Of a DNA stretch of 64,000 nucleotides, positions 11,941 to 26,546 are shown one piece after another. This stretch comes from the human T2T-CHM13v2.0 reference genome, Homo sapiens. The DNA lies in assembly GCF_009914755.1 (NCBI RefSeq), contig NC_060944.1; one strand, given 5' to 3'. Below the pieces are notes generated by a model, which made no database searches, was not told the origin of the DNA, and worked only from the letters and a program-made list of their open reading frames with translations. How positions within the stretch are numbered: position 1 is the stretch's first letter; each line of letters begins with the position of its first letter. Position numbers and translations under genes: made by a program.

Positions 11941-14373
11941 CCATCTTCTGTGATTGCTTAGGTTTGAACCCATATAGTCTTGGCTCTTAAGATTCACCCA
12001 GCGAAATCTGGACTTCAAGCGTTCTTAAACATACTCCCACCCACCTCCCCCATGAAAAATTAATATAAAGTATTGTGATTGCTCTCTAGATGATCTTAAC
12101 AAGGAACACGCAATGAACACGCTAGAGCCCTTTGTAACAATTAAGTCTGTAAGTCCTGACCTTACAGCGCAATTCCTGAAATGACTCAGCAAGACATGGG
12201 CTATGTTAAAAGGGAAAAGAACAGGCAGTTTGTTTACTGACTCTCACTCTAGTGTCCCTTGGTCCCTGCTGAAGGGACCAAGTCATATTTATCACCATCT
12301 CCCCAACACGCACAAATGCCTAATCAACATCTCATGACTGAACAGACAGAAGTGTCAGCAGCTCCAAAGGCTGCTGGTGAGGCCAAGAAAAGGCCAAAGG
12401 CTAACATCACCCATGCCCCCTTGATGAGGGCAGAATACTTCGGCCCCCTGTTTTCTCAGACAACTGAGCAGGCATGTCTATGCTCAAAAGGAAGCAAGGG
12501 AAGATCGCTGGATGGATATCGAGGAATTGGAAGTGAAGTCATCAAGACCTGAGTCCTTTCAGTGTGCAAAGTCCTGTACAGAACTAGTCAGGGACAATCC
12601 TCATTTCTTTGTCAAAGACAAGTCAAAGACCACCCAACAGAGACACATGTCCCCTTTTCAGGTAGAGGTCACCACCAGGAGCGTGACTGTACAGGCCAAC
12701 CTAGGGTCTTCATCAAAAAGTGGGTCCTCATCCACACCTGCAAAGTGAGCTTGAAGCCTGAAGACTGAGTAAGAAATGAACAGCGGAAATGGCAACATGT
12801 TGATGTTTGGTTTGTCACCCTCCCCCATAGCCTCTCCTTGCCTGAATTGAATTCTTGAATTCTGCTACCAACAGCATCATTTCTTTTTCCACTTATATGA
12901 GCTTGCTTTGAAAAAAAAAAAAAAAAAGATCATTTTCAGAAGTTCATAATGGGGAAGAAAGGGAGAAAATAGTAGCTGGAAATGTGGTCAGGAAGTATTA
13001 AGTAGGATCCATAAAGCTTCCATTCCCAGCTGTCTTCCAGGCTCACACCAATAAGTGGCAGATGAAACAGAAAATACAAAATGGCGGTCCAACAAAAAGG
13101 GCATCACCAAGAGGAGAGTTCTCATGGACTGTCCTCTCCGGGTCAAGGGACGCAACACGAAGAAGGAGACCTTTTCCCACCTCTGGTGGGTGTGCATGGC
13201 AGACAAAACTCTACCCACTGACAGCCATAGAATTCCAGCACACAGGTTCTTGAGAGTACCCTTAGAAACTAGCCAGCCCTACACTGGCAGACAAGGCAAC
13301 TGAGGCCCAGAGAAGCAAGGCGGCTGTGCAAAGACCCACAGTAGTTATTAAATCACAGCCTTTAAGCAACAACTGACATAATCTAATAACAAAGGAGATG
13401 GCTTCAAAGACAGGTCAAGGTTGTTACACGAGAGAAACTTACCAGATCATTGTGAGGCTAGAAGGTTCCTGGGAGGCTGGAGAAAGATCTCATGTGGGTG
13501 GGACCCTTGTAGGGTCACTCACCACAAAGATTCATGCAGATGCAGATTTCAAGCCCTTCCCTGCTTTGCTGTGCCCTCAAGATACCGTGGAAGCTTCACT
13601 GTGGCCCTCAAGGCCCTGCACAACCTGGCTCCTACCCTCATTCCTGCCTCTCCAGGCACTATTCTTACCCCTGAGTCTTATGAGCGCTCACTACATGCCT
13701 GGCATCACTCTAAGCACCTCGTATACATGGGCTTGTCTCATCTGTACAGCACCCATAGGAGGCAGGTCTCCTCACCCCATCCTACAGGGGAGGACACCAG
13801 GCACAGAGAGGCAAGAGCACAGGCCAAGGTCACACAGCCAGACCCTGTGGGGAAGCCGGATTGGAACCCAGGCAGCCTGGCCTCAGAGTCAGCACTCCTT
13901 ATGCAGTTTCAGATCCCTGTGCCTTGCAGCTCCTCCATCTAGTTCCTCTCCTCTGAGTTCCAGCCACAGCAACCAGCCCTTCCTCGGGACGCCCCAAAGT
14001 GAGGCGGTGAGCCGCCACATCCCACAGCCTCCCCAGAGCCTGGTAAGTGTGGGTCACAGGGAAAGACGCCCATGGGGGGCAGGGGGAAAGTCCTGCCCTC
14101 TCCAGTGTTCTCTGCCAGGCCTTCCACAACACGCTGACTGGAACCCTGAGCCTTCCTGGCCATGTCCTGCGGCCACAACCAACTTCTGTCACCCCAGTGC
14201 TCTGCCATTTTACTCCCACGTACCCCAAATTTCGGAGCAGACACACCCAGCTTCAAATCCTTGACTACCCCCAATGATTTGTGAGACCTTAGATATGGCA
14301 CGATCTCTCTCCCTGCCTCTTATCCAACATATGGAGATAATCATAGTACCCACACCTTATGGGGTCGTTCTGA

Positions 14374-14722
<349 letters not shown>

Positions 14723-15448
14723 TGTTCAACAGAAGATACCTGTTACGATTATGGCTAGTGGCAACAGATTATTTCAACACTGTCTTCTTTATCATTTGTT
14801 GCATATATTCCACAATGTGTCAATACTGAGAAAAACACAAGCATTTTAAAATCAGAAAATAATAAACATTTTCCAAGTGCATTTTATGATTGCAATACTT
14901 CTGCCTACAGGTTTGGGCTGGAGGGAATTTATGAAGCGACGAAGTCTGTTATGGGAGACTGCAGCATGGTGCCTGATTTTCCTTTGCTTTCCAAAGTGGG
15001 TCTTTTCACCATTAACTTTAAAAACACACACAGAGAAAAAGACCTCAGAGGAATAAGAAATCAAAACTTAAACTATGAGCCAAGGGTCCATCTTCTTTCT
15101 TTTGCACCCTTTTGGTACCAGAAGCTCCAAGGGCAGCCAAGGAATCTGGCCTGACCTGTACTTTCTCATGGAAGGTCTGCACTCGGTTCTGGACAAACAA
15201 GTCCCCAACAGGAAGTGAAAGCCCACATCCGTTGTCTTTCTTGATTTTATGCAGCACGTGCAAGACACACTCCAGGAGGCTGGTCTCTAAGGGAAGTGTG
15301 CGGTTTGCAAGGTACCTTGGGGTCATTTTCCCAGGCTCCTCCTCCCCACTCCACCCCGCATCCACGGGTGCACAAGTCCTGGGCTTTCGCCTGGAGAACC
15401 CAATAATCCCAACCTCTGAATTGCACTCCCATGGGGCAGTAGAATTCA

Positions 15449-15759
<311 letters not shown>

Positions 15760-15827
15760 AAATGCTGATGGAGTTTTCTCAGCCTGATGTCACTCTGCCC
15801 AGGTTCAAGTTCTGTCCCCAAAGTTTA

Positions 15828-16200
<373 letters not shown>

Positions 16201-16615
16201 GATAAAGTTAATATTACTGAACTTAAGAAGATGTGGCGAGAATTAAAATAGACAGTGTATGTGAAATGCTTAGTAAAATTCCCAGCGCATAGTTAATGCT
16301 GCTGTCATTACTATGATTTTAGAATTTGGAGTCTTGCATTGTTCTGATTCCAGTAAAAAAGAATTGAAGGGCCATCCTGACCCAAGTGCTTTGGTGGGTA
16401 TTGAAGTTTTTTGCTTCATTTCATTGCATTGAATTCCTCATTGCAAATAAATAAAATGGTCATAAAAAGTATTTATTGGTAGGGGACTGGTTGAATTAAT
16501 TATGGGCCACCTGTAATTAGTATGGAAAATCAGTAGAAGAGCACTGGGCAGCCCTTAGGTAGATTTGTGTTTTCTAACCTGAAAACATGACCCTGTTATA
16601 TTAAAAAGCAGATTT

Positions 16616-16925
<310 letters not shown>

Positions 16926-18426
16926 AAAAAGCAGATTTTAAAAAAATGCTGCAGACCAGTATGTACCGCATGATGCCGCTTTGTAAGTCTATTCTTAAGT
17001 CTGCTTAAACTTAGAAAGCCTGTGCCCCAAGCTACTCATATGGTTGTACCTCCAGGGCTGGGCCTGAATGCGTGAGGTGAGACCTTCATGCCTTTCTTCA
17101 CTGATTCAAGAAACATGTAACATCACAGTGACTTTAATTTGTTTATATTTTTATTATTTTTAAATAAAGTTTGTTTTTTTTTTTTTCTTAAGAAAAAGGC
17201 ACATTGCAACTGCCTGTTGACTTTCCTGTCTCTTGGGAGCCCTCCGGGGCCACAGCCTGAGAGGGAGGCTGGGCATGGACCATCAGCTCTGACTCAGCTC
17301 CGGCACAGCTGTACCCCAGGCCGAGAGATGGACCATGTATGCCTTCCAGCCCTCCGGGGCCCCCAAACAGGGAGGCAGGGCCGAACATTCCACCCAGGCT
17401 CAAGAGAGACATGGACTCAGGGTTGCTTATGTCTACTGAGGTGGGGACCCAGCCTCTCTACCCAGCTTTCCTCCCCTGATTCCATTAGACACACTGGCCT
17501 TCTCTCTCCCTCCAACAGCCACACCTGCCTATCTCCAGGCCTTGGAACTTGCTGTTGCCACCTCTCAAGATGCTTTTCTTCAGCTCTTCTGTGACCATCC
17601 CCTTCCCATCCTTCAGGTGCAGCTCAGGGAGACCCCCCCTTCATCCTACACCATCCCCTTATAACTTTCTACTCCTCCCTTCCAGCCTGAAATCATTTTA
17701 GCTACCTATTGGTTTGCTATCTCCACCCAGCCTCAGGCTGTGAGTTACCCCAGAGCAGGGCTATAGCTATCTCATTCTCTGCTTTATCCTTAGCTCTACA
17801 GCATCTGGCACATAATAGTTGCTCAATTAATACTGGCTGAATAAACAAACAAATTGACCTCAGGATCCTCCAGTGTGCACCCTACAGCCAGGGTCCAGGA
17901 AACATCTGACCACTGACCTCTCCAGCCGCAGGACCCTGCAAGGAGGAATCACCAAGCCCTTATTACGGGATCCTTTGTGGGAATCAGCTGATGAGGAAGG
18001 AGCTGGGAATATGGGTGCAGACAAGGAATCAAACACAATCAGAGCAACACAGCCCAGACAGCATTCCCAGTGCCACTGACCAGAAGTTCCGTATAATCCA
18101 CCTCCCAACCCACACCTTGGGTCTGGGACTCTGGGCAGACCTACCCCCGTGGAACAGGACTGAGAAGACCAAGTATGCTTCTACCGCTCTGGGCTGAGAT
18201 GAAATAAAGGACTTCGGTCTCTTGAGCAGATGTTCAGGCAAAATTACCCCATCCAAAATTAACAAGGACTGGCAGCCGGTGTGAAAACAGCCCTTCCAAG
18301 TCTTAGTCAGAGGGGAAGAGAAAGGAGCCAACCACTTTGGGCAAAAGGGTTAGGTCTAGAGAAGACTTAGCACAACTCTGCAAGTTAAAAAAAAAAACAA
18401 AAAAAATAGGGTGGGGGGATGGCTAA

Positions 18427-18753
<327 letters not shown>

Positions 18754-19893
18754 TAGCCTCTGCTTTATCTTCACTGCAGAGTCAACTCCAGAAGAAAACC
18801 CCTACTAGATGCAAGAAGAATGGGCATCGCTAACCAGCCCGTTTGCTGATGTATGGCCCCTATACTTTCGTTGGTTTCCTGGTTTCTCTTTGCAGGCAAT
18901 TATTTAACCCTGTGATGGAACAAAGCAGCCAGGAAGCAGTAGGGTTGGCCGTGGGTTGGGGCTGGAGTCTTAGCAGTCAGCCTGGAGGAGCTGCGGGCTC
19001 ATGTCAGCACTCTGGGAGAAATGAGCAAGCTTTTGGGAGGAGGAAGGCAAATCCATCCTCACCCGGGCTGTGAGCATGCCACTGGGCTCGAGGCGAATGG
19101 GGAGGAAATCAAAGTGTCAGCTCGTGTTAGGAAACCGCACATGATGCTTCCCAGTCCTGGCCGTGCTTTTAAAAATTAGCCAAATAAAAATGGTTGAAGT
19201 CATTTCAGTCTGCTCTTTATGACTGCTAACTAGCAGAAAAACGTGTCCTCCCTGGAAGCATGGGCTTAATGAGCCCAGCAGACAGGGGTGGGGTGGGGGA
19301 GATTCAGGAATGGCCCCCCCAGCTTAGGATTTCAGCCGCCCGACAGGGTAACACTGCTCAAATGGATTTACTGAGATCTAGAAAGGAAGTCCCTTGATTC
19401 CCGAGTCTCCTGCCCCACTACTTCCTTGGTGGGCTTGCCCCAACCATCCCCCACCGGGACAACTGGTCCAGCTGCTCACTCACCTCCCAGCTTCTCCGAG
19501 TGCTGCCCCCCACCAAGTCCACTGTTCATACAGGTGGCCAGAGCACTCAAACATCAACCAGACCATGCCACTCCCCTGCTCAAAAACCTCCAACAACTAC
19601 CTGTTGCTTTGGGAATTCAATCCAAACTCCTTGCCATGACTGCAGGGCCCAGCTGGGCCTGCCCCCCGCAGCACCTCTCCAGGCTGGGCTCTCACTCTCA
19701 CGACGCACCAGCCGCCCGGGCCTGCTTCCCATTCCTCAAATGCCCTAAGCTCATCTCCACGCTGGGGCCTTGGCACTGGGCAGCTCCTTTTGCCTGGGAC
19801 ACTCTCCCAGCAGTCCTTGTGGCTCTCTCTTTCCCACCTTCAGGGGTCTGCTGAAAGCCATCTCCTCCAGCAAGAGCTCCCTGACTCCTCTAT

Positions 19894-20085
19894 CCAGAGT
19901 TACCAGATTTAACCAATAAAAATACAGGATGTTCAGTTAAACTTGGACTGCAGAAAACAACGAATACCTTTTTACTGCAAGTATGTCCCAAACTCCTTGC
20001 CATTGTATAGAACATACTTTTACTAAAGAAATTCACTGTTTGGGATTCAAATTTGACTGCGCATCCTATATTTTCCCCCCTAACT
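19894..20085. mobile_element. MER53 palindromic MITE inserted in an L2 (L2 spans about 19430-20290)
   Basis: ccagatttaaccaataaaaatacaggatg...aagtatgtccc...catcctatatttt; imperfect fold-back. Confidence 0.8.
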
Positions 20086-22825
20086 CCACACGCTTTTCTC
20101 TCTTGGGCCTGTGACCTGGCTTCCCTGGCTTCATAGCATTTTCCCCATCTGAAAGTGTCCTGCTTATAAACAAGTTTCAGACTGTCCACTCCCAAGGGCA
20201 GGGACCTCACCTGCCATGTGTCCCCTGTGCCTGGCATGGCACTGCACATAGTAGGTGCTCAATAAACACCCGGGAAATGAACATGGAAGCACCGGGGGCT
20301 GAGTGAGTGGAGCAAGCCTGAGAGGGCACGCTTGGATGCTCAGTCAAGGTCAATCTTACACAGAGGTCGGATTTCAGCTCCTCCCCTGTCCCACCCTAGA
20401 CGTGACTCTTCTCGGCCCTAAGCTGTCATCTGTGGATGATCCCCACACATTTCAGACAGCCAGCTACTCTGGGAACCAGGAAGTTGGGGTTTCAGGCCCA
20501 GCCCTCCACTGATGAACTCTGTCACCTCAAAGAAGTCTAGTGACCACACTGTGTGACTCGACTTCCCCATCCGTAAAATGGGAAGGGGAGGAAGCAGACC
20601 ATGAGTTACCCTCCCTCCAGCTGCCAGGCTATGACTCCAGGAGTCTGATGGGTCTAGGGTAAGGACAGGAGAGGAATTCACCTCGCCAAGAAGGACTCTT
20701 CTCCCAGACAAGAAACCAACATGGCTCTGCCCTCTGAACCCTGTGTGAAGTCAACCAGGCTCCCAGAGTGCAGGTAGAAGGGCAGCTGATGTTTTCTGAG
20801 CACCTACTATGTGCCTGATACTTTCAGTTCCTTGATCTCCTTCTATTGCTAATACACCACCAACCCCATCTCAGAGATGGGAAAACTGAGTCCCAAGGTA
20901 CATAGTGTGAGGCCAATCCAGGCTTCAGGCCGAGTCTGCTGGGTGATTCAAAATCCAGCCTTTGAAGTGGGAATTACACAAAGGCCTTTGGTACCAGGAA
21001 CAATTTCTGATGGTGGAAGTGCTTAGACACAATGAGTGTTCTAACTAAAAACTCATTTCTCTGTGGCCTCCTTCAAATGGATGCAAACGGAATGAACTGC
21101 AGGATTCTTGGACTTAAAAGCCTGTTCTTCAATGCAGGGGACCAAGTTTAGGCAAATATTTAGATCCCTGAAAACGAGACCATTTTCTCTATCTCCACGG
21201 CAGCTTCGGAGTTGCAATCTGGATCGCATCTTTGGAGAGCAGCTTCGTGTCCCAGCAAAGCTGTGGGTAAGTGATGGGCTCCAGCCCGGGGGGCCACTGA
21301 CACCAGGGACATGAGTCACAGAGGGCAAAGGTCCGGAGAGCCTTAGTCATGCCCCAGCCCTGTCTGGAGTCTGACATTTCCCAGAGGGAAGCCCCATCTA
21401 GAGACTCCCATACCAGGTCTATTGTTTCAGAGAACATCACGCCGGGTACAACCAAACCCAGGGAGAGAAACAGGTGGGAAGAGCAGGTGTCTGCTCTAAG
21501 ATGGTTCCGATTGTTCCAGGGCACAAATTCACGGAAAAATACTTAATTTAGAAAAAAAAAAAATTATTTTAAGCATATGCATTTATATTTATTAAACAAA
21601 GCTCAAAATACAACCTTTGGGGACCTCCAAGTAATAAAATGACTCATGTCAGGATATGATGACTCAGTGGGAAAGAGGGAATTCCACCACCCACGCGTCC
21701 TTTCTAAAAAATCAATTTGTCCTCTGGACAGGTGATGGGAGCCTCTGCCATCAGACCGTTCCAAGAAAATCGTCCAGCAAAACAAAACAAAAAATTCTCT
21801 TCAAACAATTTAAGTTTCAAAGCTGAGTAATCTGATGCAGGCCAGTTTCCAACCTACGCCCCCGCAGGACACACAGAGCCAGGGAGCTAGTTGGCCAAGC
21901 CTGGGGGCCTGAATTAAGAAGGATTTACCAGCCGAAAAATTCCAAAACTCTGTGTCATGTGAAGGAACCTTCCAAAACATTGGATCCCACCCAGGCGCAG
22001 CGAGTCGCTCAAAGCCATGGCAACCCCTTTCCCGCTGCCACATCACTTTTATTTTTGTGTCCTTAGATTTTTTCCTGTTTTGCAATGTTTTGCTGGGACC
22101 CCCGACTCCGCCTGAGGCCCTGTGGCCAAGGGCCAGGGTTCCCACTGAAGTCAGGAACAGCCTGGACTTCCCAGTGTGAACTTTGCCTGAAGGGTTACAC
22201 ATTTTTTAAATTTCAGAGAACATCCAAATGGCTTTTCAGCAATTACTGAGAATGATAAATAGGAAAGACCCTGATTGTTCTGTTTGGTTTCTCTGTCCTC
22301 TCTGACATGACTAGAAAAAATTACTCGAGTTGACGACAAATGCTGCCTTGGGATTCCACCTCTGTCACCAGTTGTGGGCTGACCTGGGGTGCATGACTTG
22401 ACATCTGTGAGCCTCAGTTACCTCATCTGTAAAATGGGGATAATGCTGCCCGCTTCTCAGGGCTGGAGTGACAACTAAAAGAGATGCATTCATTCAACAA
22501 CACAAATGAGCACCTGCTATGTGCCGGGGACCACTCTGGATGCTGAGGATACAGCAGCAAACGCTGAGACTCTGCTGTCAAGGAACTAAGAGTCCAGCAT
22601 GAGAGACCAGGTGATAAATGAACAGACAGACAAGGTAGGTGATTTCAACAGCGCTAAGTGCCCCCAAGAAAACAGAGCCGGGCAGTGGCACAGAAGGTGA
22701 CAAGGTGTCTGGGAAGCGGGACAACTTCAGAATGACGGTCAAGGAGGACCCCGTGGAGGAAGTGACCTTTGAGCTGAGACTGGGAGGAATAGGAGGCCGC
22801 AGGCTTGAAAAGAAATGGTGGAGGA

Positions 22826-23132
22826 GGCCGGACGCAGTGGCTCGCGCCTGTAATCCCAACACTTTGGGAGGCCAAGGCAGGCAGATTACGAGGTCAGGAG
22901 ATTGAGACCATCCTGGCTAACATGGTGAAACCCCGTCTCTACTAAACAAACTACAAAAAATTAGCCAGGCGTCGTGGCAGGTGCCTATAGTCCCAGCTAC
23001 TCAGGAGGCTGGGGCAGGAGAATGGCGTGAACCTGGGAGGCGGAGCTTGCAGTGAGCCGAGATCGCGCACTCGCGCCACGCCACTCCAGCCTGGGCGACA
23101 GAGCAAAACTCCGTCTCAAAAAAAAAGAAAAG
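22826..23132 (+). mobile_element. AluY-like element inserted in a minus-strand L2
   Basis: Y-diagnostic accatcctggctaa, gaatggcgtgaacc and ggagcttgcag; perfect 18-bp TSD aaaagaaatggtggagga. Confidence 0.93.
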
Positions 23133-24859
23133 AAAAGAAATGGTGGAGGAACATTCTAAGAGCAAACGGAGAAAGCCAAGGTCCTGAGACAGAAATGGGC
23201 TTGGGGTGTTTGAGGACAGAGGGAAGCCAGGTGTTGCTATGGCCAAGTGGCAGGGAGAGAGTCAAAAAAGCTGAGGTCAGAGCCAGATCACACAGGCTCT
23301 TGAAAGTCACAAAAATAATCAAAAATAGTAATACAAATAATATAATAATCATTATTATTATTGCTGCTATAAATAAGATGCCATTTTCCAAAACACCAAG
23401 CTTTTCTAACTTAAGAAACACCACGCTGCCCCTCTCCTACTGTTTTTCCACTGCTCTCCAATTTGTCATCTTGCTGGAGTGGAAACTGCCAATTCCATTT
23501 TAGTCGACAGCTATAAAAAGAACATTGGAGCTGGTGGTGCCGATGACCAAACTCGGGGCTAAGATTAGCCCAGGAGACTGTCACCTTTCCTTAATGTGAG
23601 AAACAGCTGGGATTCCCCTTCCTTGGAAAACTTCAACTGTTCCGCCCCGCCCCGCAGAGCCCTTGCTGGCCAAATGTCCATGGAGATGGGAACGGGGATG
23701 AGTTTTGGAAAAAAGAAGTTGAGCAACAGGGATTCCCCCTGCAGAAGGCGTCCCGGGCTGGGAGGTGAGCTCTTGAGGTCAAAAGAGCAGGACCAGCAAA
23801 TGCAAGGCGAGCCCCCTCTCTGCAGAGAGCCCTCAGAGCCAGACATCCCCCGCAGAGAAGCCCACCGTGTCCCTAACACCCCCGATTGTCTCTTGTCGTT
23901 AATCCAGGAACTACATTCACCTGGGATTCTTCAGTTAGGCATGGAAGGGTCAGAAATGTATCCTCTTGATGCCGGAAACACACTAGAGAATTCAAACTGC
24001 TGCTCAGAGCGGTGCAGTGGTTAATTCAAGGATCTCTATCGCCACAAAATGGGTAAGCCTGTGGCTCAGAGCAGCTGAAGGGTCTTCACGCAAAATTAAC
24101 CTGGTTCTAAGCTTTTTAAGCATAGAACAGCAGAGTCCAAGGTGTGGGGTCTAGAGCCAGGCTGCCTGAGGTCATCCCACCACTGCCCTTTATCAGCTGT
24201 GTGATCTTCACTAAGTTACTTAACTTCTCTGTGCTCAGTTTCTCACCAGTAAAATTGAGAAAACAGTAGTCTATCTTTTGGGCTCTTATGAGGGATCAGA
24301 TTAGTTAGCACATACAAAGTGCTTAGAATAAGGCCTGGCACATAGTTCATTATTAATGAACTACTAATTACTAATTACTCAATTACTAATAACGTTCATT
24401 ATTAGTACTTACTACTGTTTTTTAATGTCTCTTGGTTCCATGAGATAAAGTCTTACTTGTCTTTGTTTTTCTACAGCCAAAATATAATGATGATAATAAA
24501 AGAGCTAACATCTAATGAGCATGTTCAATGTTCTGAGCCCTATGCAAAGCACCCAACGTGTATAATCTCATTTAATCTTGCCTCCCAAGAGAAGTAAATC
24601 ATCATCTGTATCTTACAAAAGAGGAAATGTCAGCCCAGATAGGTGAAGTAACTTACTCAGAACGACACAGCTACTAAATGCAGATCAGGGATTTGAACCC
24701 AGGCCATCCGACCTCAGAGCTGTGCTGGTGACCGCTGTGGGTTACAGCCCCCCAGATCTCTCCCAGCCTAGGCCAGCACCTGGGGCAGCATGTATCAACT
24801 GAATGATGACTATGTCCTGAGTAATGAATATCACAAGACCATAAAAATAATAACAAAAG

Positions 24860-24990
24860 CACACGCCTGTAATCCCAAATAGGAGGCTGAGGCAGGAAGG
24901 TCACTGGAGTTCACTATGTTGAACTCACTATGTTGCCCAAGAGTTCAAGGCCAGCCTGGGCAACATAGTGAGACCCCACTTCAAAAAATA
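24860..24990 (+). mobile_element. Alu monomer (FLAM-like) carrying an internal inverted insertion
   Basis: gcctgtaatccca...gagttcaaggccagcctgggcaacatagtgagacccc plus short A-tail. Confidence 0.85.
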
Positions 24991-25820
24991 ACGATGAACA
25001 TCCCATGAGCACTAAGTGCATGCTGCTTATTTACATATTTAACTCCAGGAAAGAAAGACTGTCACTATCTCATTTTACAGACAGGGAAGCTGAGGCCCAA
25101 AGAGGTTGAATGACAGGTCAATGCTGAATATCACCTGTGGACGAGTCCCCTGGATTCTCCAAGCTAAACTGTCTGCCTCCCATGGGTGCCAGCTTAGATG
25201 AGACCACACACGGAAAGTGGCAGGCACAGGGCTGCCTGCAGACAGTGGCCAATAATAGGAGCTGTGATTATTACTCTTGTTCTTAACAGCCAACTTTTCA
25301 CAGCTGAAACAGGCTCTGTGTTTTCCTGCCTTCAAGAGGTAAATATGAAATTTCTTCTGAAACCAAGAGAATAGAAGCTAGAGAATAAATGCCATTCACT
25401 CATTCCACAAATGCTTAATTGATGCCCTTGGATAGCTTCAGAATAATTAAACTCCCAGAGTGCTTAAAAGCTGGCTGACTCCTAACTCCGTAAGGAACTT
25501 GGTAGGATCCAGCCTCAAACTCTTTCCTGCACAGTTCCATCAGCAACAAAAAGATTTCAGTGTAAATAGAAACCACTCAGTCAACAGAGCCCTGTGTGGC
25601 TGGATCAGCCCCTCAAGGCAAAGCAGGCAGAGGCCAGGCCTTCTCCCTGCACCCCACTTTGCAGGACAGCTCGGGGGAGCTGTGCAGGCATTCCACCAAG
25701 CAGATGCTGGGCCTGAACTGCTGAGACGCAGAGGGGAAGGCTTAAGGTGACCCTGATTCTGATTTTTCCTCATGCTCTTTTCCTTTCCTTGTCTTTCCTG
25801 AAAATTTCTAAGCTGTAGAC

Positions 25821-26031
25821 CAGCAGTTGTTGACCAGTGGCAATATTGCCCCCCAGGGCAAATTTGGCAAGGTCTGGAGACATTTTTGGTTGTCACAACT
25901 TGGGCCGCACTACTGGTGTCACGTGGGTGGAGGTCAGGGATGCTGCTGAACATCCTGCAGTGCCCAGGACAGCGCCCCTGCCAAGTCATTATCTGGGCCA
26001 AACTGTCAATAATGCTGAGGCTAAAAATGTG
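25821..26031. mobile_element. MER20 (hAT-Charlie)
   Basis: tttggcaaggtctggagacatttttggttgtcacaac...gggatgctgctgaacatcct. Confidence 0.9.
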
Positions 26032-26039
26032 GTATAGAC

Positions 26040-26546
26040 CAGGGGTCTTCAATCCCGGACCACAGACCGGTACTAGGCGCACAGCAGTAAGTGGGTGGCG
26101 GGCGAGAGAGCAAAGCTTCATCTGTGTTGACAGCCACTCCCCATCACTTGCATTACCGCCTGAGCGCTGCCTCCTGTCAGATGAGCCTGCCATTACATTC
26201 TCACAGGAGCATGAACCCTACTGTAAACTGCGCTTGCGAGGGATCTAGGTTGTGCACGCCTTAGGAGAGTCTAATGCCTGATCATCCGTTACTGTCTCCC
26301 GTCAACCCCCAGATGGGACTACCTAGTTGCAGGAAAACAAGCTCAGGGCTCCCAGTGATTCTACATGATGGTGAGTTGTATAATTATTTTATTGTATATT
26401 ACAATGTAATAATCATAAAAATAAGGTACACAATAAATGTAATGTGCTTGAATCATCCTGAAACCATCAGCCCATCTCCCCAACCCTTGAAAAGAACTGT
26501 CTTCCATGCAACTGGTCCCTGGTGCCAAAAAGGTTGGGGACTGCTG
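26040..26546. mobile_element. MER1A (hAT-Charlie), near full length
   Basis: TIR-like caggggtc ... ggtgccaaaaaggttggggactgctg; internal ctagttgcaggaaaacaagctcagggctccc. Confidence 0.88.

Noticed and set aside
13398-14264. 288-aa plus-strand ORF
   Set aside because: It runs through MIR-derived sequence, has no recognisable domain and is antisense to the host gene.
25540-26193. 217-aa ORF as a possible transposase
   Set aside because: It spans non-autonomous MER20/MER1A and shows no transposase motifs.
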